From: Malacoraja senta
Taxonomy: Eukaryota
Direction of reading: 5' to 3'
Length of the DNA stretch: 39,295 nucleotides
Assembly (NCBI GenBank): GCA_038087875.1
Contig: JAXLNO010000136.1
Location: forward strand, 124,001-163,295
Shown here piece by piece: positions 1-12,300 of this stretch; within the stretch, counting starts at the first letter, position 1, and every line of letters begins with the position of its first letter. Position numbers and translations under genes: made by a program. The notes below the pieces were generated by a model that searched no databases, was not told the origin of the DNA, and worked only from the letters and a program-made list of their open reading frames with translations.

Positions 1-3000
1 TATCCGGCAAGATCGCCACATTCCCGGCGAGGTCGCCAACAATCCGGCAAGGTCGCCACAAATCCTGCAAGGTCGCCATAAACCTGCAAGGTCGCCATAT
101 TTCCGGCACGGTGGCCATATTTCCGGCAAGGTCGCCATAAATCCGGCAAGGTCGCCATATTTACGGCACGGTCGCCATAAATCCGCCAAAGTCGCCACAA
201 TCCGGCAAGGTGGCCATATTTCCGGCAAGGTCGCCATAAATCCGGCAACGTCGCCACAAATCCGGCAAGGTCGCCATATTACCGGCAAGGTCGACATAAA
301 TCCAGCAAGGACGCCATAAATCCGGCAAGGTCGCCACATATCCGGCAAGATCGCCACATTCCCGGCGAGGTCGCCAACAATCCGGCTAGGTCGCCACAAA
401 TCCGGCAAGGTCGCCATAAATCCTGCGAGGTCGCCATAAATCCGGCAAGGTTGCCACATATCCCGCAAGGTCGCCATAAATCCCGCGAGGTCGCCATTTT
501 TCTGGCAAGGTCGCCACAAATCCTGCAAGGTCGCCATAAACCGGCAAGGTCGCCATATTTCCGGCACGGTGGCCATATTTCCGGCAAGGTCGCCATATAT
601 CCGGCAAAGTCGCCATACTTCTGGCACGGTCGCCATAAATCCGGCAAGGTCGCCTCAAATGCGGCAAGGTCGCCATATTTCCGGCACGGTCGCCATAAAT
701 CCGCCAAAGTCGCCACAAATCCGGCAAGGTCTCCATAATCCCGGCAAGGTCGCCATAAATCCGGCAAGGACGCCACAAATCCGGCAATGTCGCCATATTT
801 CCGGCAAGTTCGCCGTAATTCCGGCAAGGTCGCCACAAATCCGGCAAGGTCGCCACATATCCGGCAAGATCGCCACATTCCCGGCGAGGTCGCCAACAAT
901 CCGGCTAGGTCGCCACAAATCCGGCAAGGTCGCCACATTTCCGGCAAGGTCGCCATAAATCCGGCAAGGTCGTCACTAATCCAGCAAGGTCGCCACAAAT
1001 GCGGCAAGGTCGCCACATTTCCGGTAAGGTCGCCATAAATCCGGCGTTCGCCACAAATCCGACAAGGTCGTCATAAATCCGGCAAGGTCGCCATATTTCC
1101 GGCAAGGTCGCCACAAATCCGGCAAGGTCGCCACATTTCCGGCAAGGTCGCCATAAATCCGGCAAAGTCGCCATAAATCCGGCAAGGTCGCCACATTTCC
1201 GGCAAGGTCGCCATATTTCCCGCTAAGTCGCCATTAATCCGGCAAGGTCGCCACAAATCCGGCAAGGTCGCCACATTTCCGGCAAAGTCGCCATAAACCC
1301 GGCAAGGTCGACAACATCCGGCAAGATCGCATAATTTCTGTCGAGGTCGCAATAAATCCGGCAAGGTCGCCACAAATCCAGCAAGGTCGCCACATTTCCG
1401 TCGAGGTCGCCATAAAGCCGGCAAGGTCGCCAAATATCCGGCAAGATCGCCACATTCCCGGCGAGGTCGCCAACAATCCGGCAAGGTCGCCACAAATCCT
1501 GCAAGGTCGCCATAAACCTGCAAGGTCGCCATATTTCCGGCACGGTGGCCATATTTCCGGCAAGGTCGCCATAAATCCGGCAAGGTCGCCATATTTACGG
1601 CACGGTCGCCATAAATCCGCCAAAGTCGCCACAATCCGGCAAGGTGGCCATATTTCCGGCAAGGTCGCCATAAATCCGGCAACGTCGCCACAAATCCGGC
1701 AAGGTCGCCATATTACCGGCAAGGTCGACATAAATCCAGCAAGGACGCCATAAATCCGGCAACGTCGCCACATATCCGGCAAGATCGCCACATTCCCGGC
1801 GAGGTCGCCAACAATCCGGCTAGGTCGCCACAAATCCGGCAAGGTCGCCATAAATCCTGCGAGGTCGCCATAAATCCGGCAAGGTTGCCACATATCCCGC
1901 AAGGTCGCCATAAATCCCGCGAGGTCGCCATTTTTCTGGCAAGGTCGCCACAAATCCTGCAAGGTCGCCATAAACCGGCAAGGTCGCCATATTTCCGGCA
2001 CGGTGGCCATATTTCCGGCAAGGTCGCCATATATCCGGCAAAGTCGCCATACTTCTGGCACGGTCGCCATAAATCCGGCAAGGTCGCCTCAAATGCGGCA
2101 AGGTCGCCATATTTCCGGCACGGTCGCCATAAATCCGCCAAAGTCGCCACAAATCCGGCAAGGTCTCCATAATCCCGGCAAGGTCGCCATAAATCCGGCA
2201 AGGACGCCACAAATCCGGCAATGTCGCCATATTTCCGGCAAGTTCGCCGTAATTCCGGCAAGGTCGCCACAAATCCGGCAAGGTCGCCACATATCCGGCA
2301 AGATCGCCACATTCCCGGCGAGGTCGCCAACAATCCGGCTAGGTCGCCACAAATCCGGCAAGGTCGCCACATTTCCGGCAAGGTCGTCACATTTCCGGCA
2401 AAGTCGCCATTAATCCGGGAATTTCGCCATAAATCCGGCAAGGTCGCCGCATTCCCGGCAAGGTCGCCATAAATCCGGCAAGGTCGCCTCAAATCCGGCA
2501 AGGTCGCCACATTTCCGGCAAGATCGCCATAAATCCGGCAAGGTCGCCACACATGTGGCAAGGTCGCCATAAATCAGGCAAGGTGGCCATATTTCCGGCA
2601 AGGTCGCCATAAATCCGTCAAGGTCGCCATAATTCCGGCGAGGTCGCCATATTTCCGGTTAAGTCGCCATAAATCCGGCGAGGTCGCCATGAATCCGGCA
2701 AGTTCGCCACATATCCCGCAAGGTCGCCATAAATCCGGTGAGTTCACCATTTTTTCGGCAAGGTCGCCACAAATCCAGCAAAGTCGCCATAAATTCGGCG
2801 AGGTCGCCATATATCCGGCGAGGTCGCAAGAAAGACGGCAAGGTCGCCTTAAATCCGGCGAGGTCGCCATATTTCCGGCGAGGTCGCCATCAATCCGGCA
2901 AGGTCGCCATGAATCCGGCGAGGTCGCCATATTTCCGCCGAGGTCGCCATAAATCCGGCAAGGTCTCCATAAACCGGCGAGGTCGCCATAATTCCGGCGA

Positions 3001-6000
3001 GGTCGCCATATTTCCGGTTAAGTCGCCATAAATCCGACATGGTCGCCATAAATCTGCAAAATCGCCATAACTCCGGCACGGTCGCCGTATTTCCGGCACG
3101 GTCGCCATATATCCGGCTAGGACGCCATAAATACGGCAAGGTCGCCATATTTCCGGCAAGGTTGCCACAAATCCGGCAAGGTCGCCATATTTCCGTCAAG
3201 GTCGCCATAAATTCGGCAAGGTCGCCACAAATCCGGCAAGGTCGCCCCAAGTCCGGCAAGGTCGCCACATTTCCGGCAAGGTCGCCATAAATCCGGCAAG
3301 GTAGCCACATATCCCACAAGGTCGCCATAAATCCGGCAAGGTCGCACAAATACGGCAAGGTCGCCACAATTCCGGCAAGGTCGCCATAAATCCGGCAAGG
3401 TCGCCACAAATCCGTCAAGGCCGCCATCATTTCAGGCAAGTTCGCCATAAACCCGGCAAGGTCGCCACAAATCCGGTAAGGTCGCCACATTTCCGGCAAG
3501 GTCGACACATTTCCGGCAAGGTCGCCATTAATCCGGGAATGTCGCCATAAATCCGGCAAGGTCGCCACATTCCCGGCAAGGTCGCCATAAATCCGGCAAA
3601 GTCGCCGCAAATCCGGCAAGGTCGCCACATTTCCGGCAAGGTCGCCATAAATCCGGCAAGGTCGCCACAAACCGAGCAAGGTCGCCACAAATGCGGCAAG
3701 GTCGCCATATTTCCTGCCAGGTCGCCATAAATCCGGCGTTCGCCACAAATCCGACAAGGTCGTCATAAATCCGGCAAGGTTGCCACATTTCCGGCAAGGT
3801 CGCCATAAATCCGCAAGGTCGCCATAAATCCGGCAAGGTCGCCATAAATCCGGCAAGGACGCCACAAATCCGGCAATGTCGCCATATTTCCGGCAAGTTC
3901 GCCGTAATTCCGGCAAGGTCGCCACAAATCCGGCAAGGTCGCCACATTTCCGGCAAGGTCGTCACATTTCCGGCAAGGTCGCCATTAATCCGGGAATTTC
4001 GCCATAAATCCGGCAAGGTCGCCGCATTCCCGGCAAGGTCGCCATAAATCCGGCAAGGTGGCCATATTTCCGGCAAGGTCGCCATAAATCCGTCAAGGTC
4101 GCCATAATTACGGCGAGCTCGCCATATTTCCGGTTAAGTCGCCATAAATCCGGCGAGGTCGCCATGAATCCGGCAAGTTCGCCACATATCCCGCAAGGTC
4201 GCCATAAATCCGGTGAGTTCGCCATTTTTTCGGCAAGGTCGCCACAAATCCAGCAAAGTCGCCATAAATTCGGCACGGTGGCCATATTTCCGGCGAGATC
4301 GCCAGAAAGACGACAAGGTCGCCATATTTACGGCACGGTCGCCATAAATCCGCCAAAGTCGCCACAATCCGGCAAGGTGGCCATATTTCCGGCAAGGTCG
4401 CCATAAATCCGGCAACGTCGCCACAAATCCGGCAAGGTCGCCATATTACCAGCAAGGACGCCATAACTCCGGCAAGGTCGCCACATATCCGGCAAGATCG
4501 CCACATTCCCGGCGAGGTCGCCAACAATCCGGCTAGGTCGCCACAAATCCGGCAAGGTCGCCATAAATCCTGCGAGGTCGCCATAAATCCGGCAAGGTTG
4601 CCACATATCCCGCAAGGTCGCCATAAATCCCGCGAGGTCGCCATTTTTCTGGCAAGGTCGCCACAAATCCTGCAATGTCGCCATAAACCGGCAAGGTCGC
4701 CATATTTCCGGCACGGTGGCCATATTTCCGGCAAGGTCGCCACATATCCGGCAAAGTCGCCATACTTCTGGCACGGTCGCCATAAATCCGGCAAGGTCGC
4801 CTCAAATGCGGCAAGGTCGCCATATTTCCGGCACGGTCGCCATAAATCCGCCAAAGTCGCCACAAATCCGGCAAGGTCTCCATAATCCCGGCAAGGTCGC
4901 CATAAATCCGGCAAGGACGCCACAAATCCGGCAATGTCGCCATATTTCCGGCAAGTTCGCCGTAATTCCGGCAAGGTCGCCACAAATCCGGCAAGGTCGC
5001 CACATATCCGGCAAGATCGCCACATTCCCGGCGAGGTCGCCAACAATACGGCTAGGTCGCCACAAATCCGGCAAGGTCGCCACATTTCCGGCAAGGTCGT
5101 CACATTTCCGGCAAAGTCGCCATTAATCCGGGAATTTCGCCATAAATCCGGCAAGGTCACCGCATTCCCGGCAAGGTCGCCATAAATCCGGCAAGGTCGC
5201 CTCAAATCCGGCAAGGTCGCCACATTTCCGGCGAGGTCGCCAACAATCCGGCTAGGTCGCCACAAATCCGGCAAGGTCGCCATAAATCATGCGAGGTCGC
5301 CATAAATCCGGCAAGGTTGCCACATATCCCGCAAGGTCGCCATAAATCCCGCGAGGTCGCCATTTTTCTGGCAAGGTCGCCACAAATCCTGCAAGGTCGC
5401 CATAAACCGGCAAGGTCGCCATATTTCCGGCACGGTGGCCATATTTCCGGCAAGGTCGCCATATATCCGGCAAAGTCGCCATACTACTGGCACGGTCGCC
5501 ATAAATCCGGCAAGGTCGCCTCAAATGCGGCAAGGTCGCCATATTTCCGGCACGGTCGCCATAAATCCGCCAAAGTCGCCACAAATCCGGCAAGGTCTCC
5601 ATAATCCCGGCAAGGTCGCCGTAATTCCGGCAAGGTCGCCACAAATCCGGCAAGGTCGTCACATTTCCGGAAGGTCGCCATTAATCCGGGAATTTCGCCA
5701 TAAATCCGGCAAGGTCGCCGCATTCCCAGCAAGGTCGCCATAAATCCGGCAAGGTGGCCATATTTCCGGCAAGGTCGCCATAAATCCGTCAAGGTCGCCA
5801 TAATTCCGGCGAGGTCACCATATTTCCGGTTAAGTCGCCATAAATCCGGCGAGGTCGCCATGAATCCGGCAAGTTCGCCACATATCCCGCAAGGTCGCCA
5901 TAAATCCGGTGAGTTCGCCATTTTTTCGGCAAGGTCGCCACAAATCCAGCAAAGTCGCCATAAATTCGGCGATGTCGCCATATTTCCGGCGAGATCGCCA

Positions 6001-9000
6001 GAAAGACGGCAAGGTCGCCTTAAATCCGGCGAGGTCGCCATATTTCCGGTTAAGTCGCCATAAATCCGGCATGGTCGCCATAAATCTGCAAAATCGCCAC
6101 AACTCCGGCACGGTCGCCGTATTTCCGGCACGGTCGCCATATATCCGGCTGGGACGCCATAAATACGGCAAGGTCGCCATATTTCCGGCAAGGTTGCCAC
6201 AAATCCGGCAAGGTCGCCATATTTCCGTCAAGGTCGCCATAAATTCGGCAAGGTCGCCACAAATCCGGCAAGGTCGCCCCAAGTCCGGCAAGGTCGCCAC
6301 ATTTCCGGCAAGGTCGCCATAAATCCGGCAAGGTCGCCACATATCCCACAAGGTCGCCACAAATCCGGCAAGGTCGCCACAAATCCGGCAAGGTCGCCAC
6401 ATTTGCGGCAAGGCCGTCATAAAACCGGCATGGCCGCCACAAATACGGCAAGGTCGCCACAATTCCGGCAAGGTCGCCATAAATCCGGCAAGGTCGCCAC
6501 AAATCCGGTAAGGTCGCCACATCCCCGTCAAGGTCGCCATAAATCCGGCAAGGTAGCCACAAATCCGTCAAGGCCGCCATCATTTCAGGCAAGGTCGCCA
6601 TAAACCCCGCAAGGTCGCCACAAATCCGGTAAGGTCGCCACATTTCCGGCAAGGTCGACACATTCCCGGCAAGGTCGCCATTAATCCGGGAATGTCGCCA
6701 TAAATCCGGCAAGGTCGCCACATTCCCGGCAAGGTCGCCATAAATCCGGCAAAGTCGCCGCAAATCCGGCAAGGTCGCCACATTTCCGGCAAGGTCGCCA
6801 TAAATCCGGCAAGGTCGCCACAAACCCAGCAAGGCCGCCACAAATACGGCAAGGTCGCCACAATTCCGGCAAGGTCGCCATAAATCCGGCAAGGTCGCCA
6901 CATTTCCGGCAAGGTCGCTATAAATCCGGCGTTCGCCACAAATCCGACAAGGTCGTCATAAATCCGGCAAGGTCGCCACATTCCCGGCAAGATCGCCATA
7001 AATCCGGCAAGGTCGCCACAAATCCGGCAAGGTCGCCACATTCCCGGCAAGGTCGCCATAAATCTGGCAAAGTCGCCGCAAATCCGGCAAGGTCGCCACA
7101 TTTCCGGCAAAGGTCGCCATAAATCCGGCAAGGTCGCCACAAACCCAGCAAGGTCACCACAAATGCGGCAAGGTCGCCACATTTCCGGCAAGGTCACCAT
7201 AAATCCGGCGTTCGCCACAAATCCGACAAGGTCGTCATAAATCCGGCAAGGTCGCCACATTCCCGGCAAGATCGCCATAAATCCGGCAAGGTCGCCACAA
7301 ATCCGGCAAGGTTGCCACATTTCCGGCAAGGTCGCCATAAATCCGGCAAGGTCGCCATAAATCCGGCAAGGTCGCCACATTTCCGGCAAGGTCGCCGTAT
7401 TTCCGGCAAGGTCGCCACAAATCCAGCAGGGTCGCCACAAATGCGGCAAGGTCGCCACATTTCCGGCAAGGTCGTCACATTTCCGGCAAGGTCGCCATAA
7501 ATCCGGCAAGGTCGCCACATTCCCGGCGAGGTCGCCAACAATCCGGCTAGGTCGCCACAAATCCGGCAAGGTCGCCATAAATCCTGCGAGGTCGCCATCA
7601 ATCCGGCAAGGTTGCCACATATCCCGCAAGGTCGCCATAAATCCCGCGAGGTCGCCATTTTTCTGGCAAGGTCGCCACAAATCCTGCAAGGTCGCCATAA
7701 ACCGGCAAGGTCGCCATATTTCCGGCACGGTGGCCATATTTCCGGCAAGGTCGCCATATATCCGGCAAAGTCCCCATACTTCTGGCACGGTCGCCATAAA
7801 TCCGGCAAGGTCGCCTCAAATGCGGCAAGGTCGCCATATTTCCGGCACGGTCGCCATAAATCCGCCAAAGTCGCCACAAATCCGGCAAGGTCTCCATAAT
7901 CCCGGCAAGGTCGCCATAGATCCGGCAAGGACGCCACAAATCCGGCAATGTCACCATATTTCCGGCAAGTTCGCCGTATTTCCGGCAAGGTCGCCACAAA
8001 TCCGGCAAGGTCGCCACATTTCCGGCAAGGTCGTCACATTTCCGGCAAGGTCGCCATTAATCCGGGAATTTCGCCATAAATCCGGCAAGGTCGCCGCATT
8101 CCCGGCAAGGTCGCCATAAATCCGGCAAGGTCGCCTCAAATCCGGCAAGGTCGCCACATTTCCGGCAAGATCGCCATAAATCCGGCAAGGTCGCCACACA
8201 TGTGGCAAGGTCGCCATAAATCCGGCAAGGTGGCCATATTTCCGGCAAGGTCGCCATAAATCCGTCAAGGTCGCCATAATTCCGGCGAGGTCGCCATATT
8301 TCCGGTTAAGTCGCCATAAATCCGGCGAGCTCGCCATGAATCCGGCAAGTTCGCCACATATCCCGCAAGGTCGCCATAAATCCGGTGAGTTCGCCATTTT
8401 TTCGGCAAGGTCGCCACAAATCCAGCAAAGTCGCCATAAATTCGGCGAGGTCGCCATATTTACGGCGAGATCGCCAGAAAGACGGCAAGGTCGCCTTAAA
8501 TCCGGCGAGGTCGCCATATTTCCGGCGAGGTCGCCATAAATCCGGCAAGGTCGCCATAAATCCGGCGAGGTCGCCATATTTCCGCCGAGGTCGCCATAAA
8601 TCCGGCAAGGTCTCCATAAACCGGCGAGGTCGCCATAATTCCGGCGAGGTCGCCATATTTCCGGTTAAGTCGCCATAAATCCGGCATGGTCGCCATAAAT
8701 CTGCAAAATCGCCATAACTCCGGCACGGTCGCCGTATTTCCGGCACGGTCGCCATATATCCGGCTAGGACGCCATAAATACGGCAAGGTCGCCATATTTC
8801 CGGCAAGGTTGCCGAAAATCCGGCAAGGTCGCCATATTTCCGTCAAGGTCGCCATAAATTCGGCAAGGTCGCCACAAATCCGGCAAGGTCGCCCCAAGTC
8901 CGGCAAGGTCGCCACATTTCCGGCAAGGTCGCCATAAATCCGGCAAGGTCGCCACATATCCCACCAGGTCGCCATAAATCCGGCAAGGTCGCCACAAATC

Positions 9001-11445
9001 CGGCAAGGTCGCCACATTTGCGGCAAGGCCGTCATAAATCCGGCATAGCCGCCACAAATACGGCAAGGTCGCCACAATTCCGGCAAGGTCGCCATAAATC
9101 CGGCAAGGTCGCCACAAATCCGTAAAGGCCGCCATCATTTCGGGCAATGTCGCCATAAACCCGGCAAGGTCGCCACAAATCCGGTAAGGTCGCCACATTT
9201 GCGGCAAGGTCGACACATTTCCGGCAAGGTCGCCATTAATCCGGGAATGTCGCCATAATTCCGGCAAGGTCGCCACATTTCCGGCAAGGTCGCCATAAAT
9301 CCGGCAAGGTCGCCATAAACCCGGCAAGGTCGCCACAATTCCGGCAAGGTCGCCACAAATCCGGCAGGGTCGCTACAAATGCGGCAAGGTCGCCACATTT
9401 CCGGCAAGGTCGTCACATTTCCGTCAAGGGCGCCATTAATCCGGGAATTTCGCCATAAATCCGGCAAGGTCGCCACATTCCCGGCAAGGTCGCCACAAAT
9501 CCGGCAAGGTCGCCACAAATGCGGCAAGGTCGCCATAAATCCGTCGAGGTCGCCATATTTCCGGCGAGGTCGCCATTAGTCCGGCAAGGTCGCCATAATT
9601 CCGACGAGGTCGCCATATTCCAGGTAAAGTCGCCATAAATCCGGCAAGGTCGCCATAAATCTGCAAAGTCGCCATTACTCCGGCACGGTCGCCGTATTTC
9701 CTGCACGGTCGCCATAAATCCGGCTAGGACGCCATAAATCCGGCAAGGTTGCCATATTTCCGGCAAGGTTGCCGCAAATCCGGCAAGGTCGCCATATTTC
9801 TGTCAAGGTCGCCATAAATTCGGCAAGGTCGCCACAAATCCGGCAAGGTCGCCACAAGTCCGGCATGGTCGCCACATTTCCGGCAAGTTCGCCATTAATC
9901 CGGGAATGCGCCATAAATCCGGCAAGGTCGCCATAACTCTGGCAAGGTGGCCACAGTTCCGGCGGGGTCGCCACAAACCCGGCAAGGTCGCCATATTTGC
10001 GGCACGGTCGACATATTTCCGGCAAGGTCGCCATAAATCCGGCAACGTCGCCATATTTCCGGCACGGTCGCCATGATTCCGGCAAGGTCGCCACAAATCC
10101 GGCAAGGTCGCCATATTTCCGGAACGGTCGCCATAAATCAGGCAAGGTCGCCACAAATCTGGCAAGGTCGACATATTTCCGGCACGGTCGCCATAAATCC
10201 GGCAAGGTCGCCACTAATCCGGCAAGGTCGCCATATTTCCGGCAAGATCGCCATACATCCGGCAAGGTCGCCACAATCCGGCAAGGTCGCCATATTCCAG
10301 GCAAGATTGCCATAAATACGGCAAGGTCGCCACAAAACCGGCAAGGGTCGCCATAAATCCGGCAAGGTCGCCACAAATCCGGAAAGGTCGCCATATTTCC
10401 GGCAAGTTCGCCATAAATCCGGCAAGGTCGCCACAAATCTGGCAAGGTCGGCCACATTTCCGGCGAGGGCGCCATACATCCGGCAAAGTCGCCACAAATC
10501 CGGCAACGTCGCCATATATCCGGCGAGGTCGCCATAAATCCGGCAACGTCGCCACAAAACCGGCAAGGTTGCCATGAATCCGCGAGGTAGCCATAATCCG
10601 GCAATGTCGCCGCAAATCCGGCAAGGTCACCATAAATACGACGAGGTCGCCGTAAATACGGCAAGGTGGCCTCAAATCCGGCAAGGTCGCCACATTTCCG
10701 GCAAGGTCACCATATTTCCGGCAAGGTCGTCATAAAACCCGGCAATGTCGCCACAAATGCGACAAGGTCGCCATGTTTCCGGCAAGGTCGCCATAAATCC
10801 GGCAAGATCGCCACAAATCCGGCAAGGTCGCCACAAACCCGGCAAGGTCGCCATATTTCCGGCTCGCTCGCCATAAATCCGGCAAGGTCGCCACAAATCA
10901 GGGAAGGTCTTCATGTTTCCGGCAATGTCGCCAGAAATCAGGCAAGGTGGCCTCAAACACGGCTAGGTCGCCACATTTCGGGAGAGGTCGCCATAAATCC
11001 GGCAAGATCGCCTCAAATCCGGCAAGGTCGCCACAAATCCGGCAAGGTCGCCATATTTTCCGGCTAGGTCGCCATAAATCCGGCAAGATCGCCACAATCC
11101 GGCAAGGTCGCAATTTTGCGGCAAGGTCGCCATAAATCCGGCAAGGTCGCCCCAAATCCGGCAAGGTCGTCATATTGCCCGCAAGGTCGCCATAAATCCG
11201 GCAAGGTCGCCACAAATCCGGAAAGGTCGCCACATTTCCGGCAAGGTCGCCATAAATCTGGCAAGGTCGCCACATTTCCGGCGAGGTCGCCATACATCCG
11301 GCAAAGTCGCCACAAACCCGGCAAGGTCGCCATATTTCCGGCTCGCTCGCCATAAATCCGGCAAGGTCGCCACAAATCCGACAAGGTCGGAATTTTCCGG
11401 CAAAGTCGCCATAAATCCGGAAGGTCACCACAAATCCGGCAAGGT

Positions 11446-12300
11446 TTGTGACGACCTTGATGGCAAAACTCCAAGATGCCGATGTGCAGGAGTGGGCGCC
11501 GTTTGTATGGCAGCCTGCCTGCAGTCCGTCGTCTAACTTTTTTATTGTCTGAAACATTTTTTTATTGGAGTCTATTCTTTCTATGTGGGGGGGAACTGTT
11601 TTAACCCCAGTCTACCTGGTCGGAGATGCGGTTTTCCTCCTAATCGCGTCTCCGATCTCCCCATGCGGCCTTCCATCGGGCTGGAGCGGCGTTCCTGCCG
11701 GGGACCACAGCTTCGGCGGCACAGTGCTGGGACACAACAGGGGAGCGGGCGATGCCTTGCCGGGTCGCCGCTCCGGAGTGCTGTGGCCGCCGACCACCAA
11801 CATCGGGCAGCCGCGGTCTGTGGTTTGAGGGCATCCCGCCGCGGCGGGCGACGCTGGATCAGAACACCGCGGAGTCGAAGCTCCAACCGGCGCGGCCTGA
11901 AGTCCGCGGGCGTCGGCAGTCTCCGGGGAAGGAGCGGCCGCTTCAGACATTTTCAAGCTGCTGAGGACTTTTCCACCCGATGCGGGTGGGCAGACAACAT
12001 CGGGCTGCCGTTGCGGCGGCTGGCTGCAGTGGCCTCAGACTGGCCCCGACCTCGGGTGGACTAGGAGGAGGAGGAGGGACTGGACATTTTAGTGCCTTCC
12101 CTCACAGTGGAGAGTGTAGATTCTACTGTGGGGGATGTTCGTGTTTGTGTAAAATCTCTTATAGTGTGGTTGTCATTTTTTTCTATCTCTTTTTATTATT
12201 TGTATTGGTTAGTTAACTGTAAAGCACTTTGGCTTTTGATTTAATTCAATTGGAAATGTGCTATATAAATAAACTTATTATTATATAACTTATTATTATT
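11446..12300 (+). mobile_element. Non-coding, non-autonomous retroelement (element A, copy 1) with L2-like 3' tail
   Basis: 855-bp GC-rich non-satellite insert flanked by AAGGT on both sides (11441-11445, 12301-12305). Head CAAGATG at 11472. 3' end TGTAAAGCACTTTGG...AAATGTGCTATATAAATAAA plus (TTA)n, resembling fish L2 tails as I recall them. No credible ORF. Confidence 0.8.

Noticed and set aside
11472..11600. tRNA-, 5S- or 7SL-derived SINE head for elements A and B
   Set aside because: No recognisable A/B boxes or cloverleaf by eye, and T-runs near the 5' end would terminate Pol III. Not tested with tRNAscan-SE.
11565..12216. Overlapping ORFs in element A (likewise 16178-16681, and 36174-36816 in element B)
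   Set aside because: GC-rich shadow ORFs with no recognisable domain; frames are not preserved between the two A copies.
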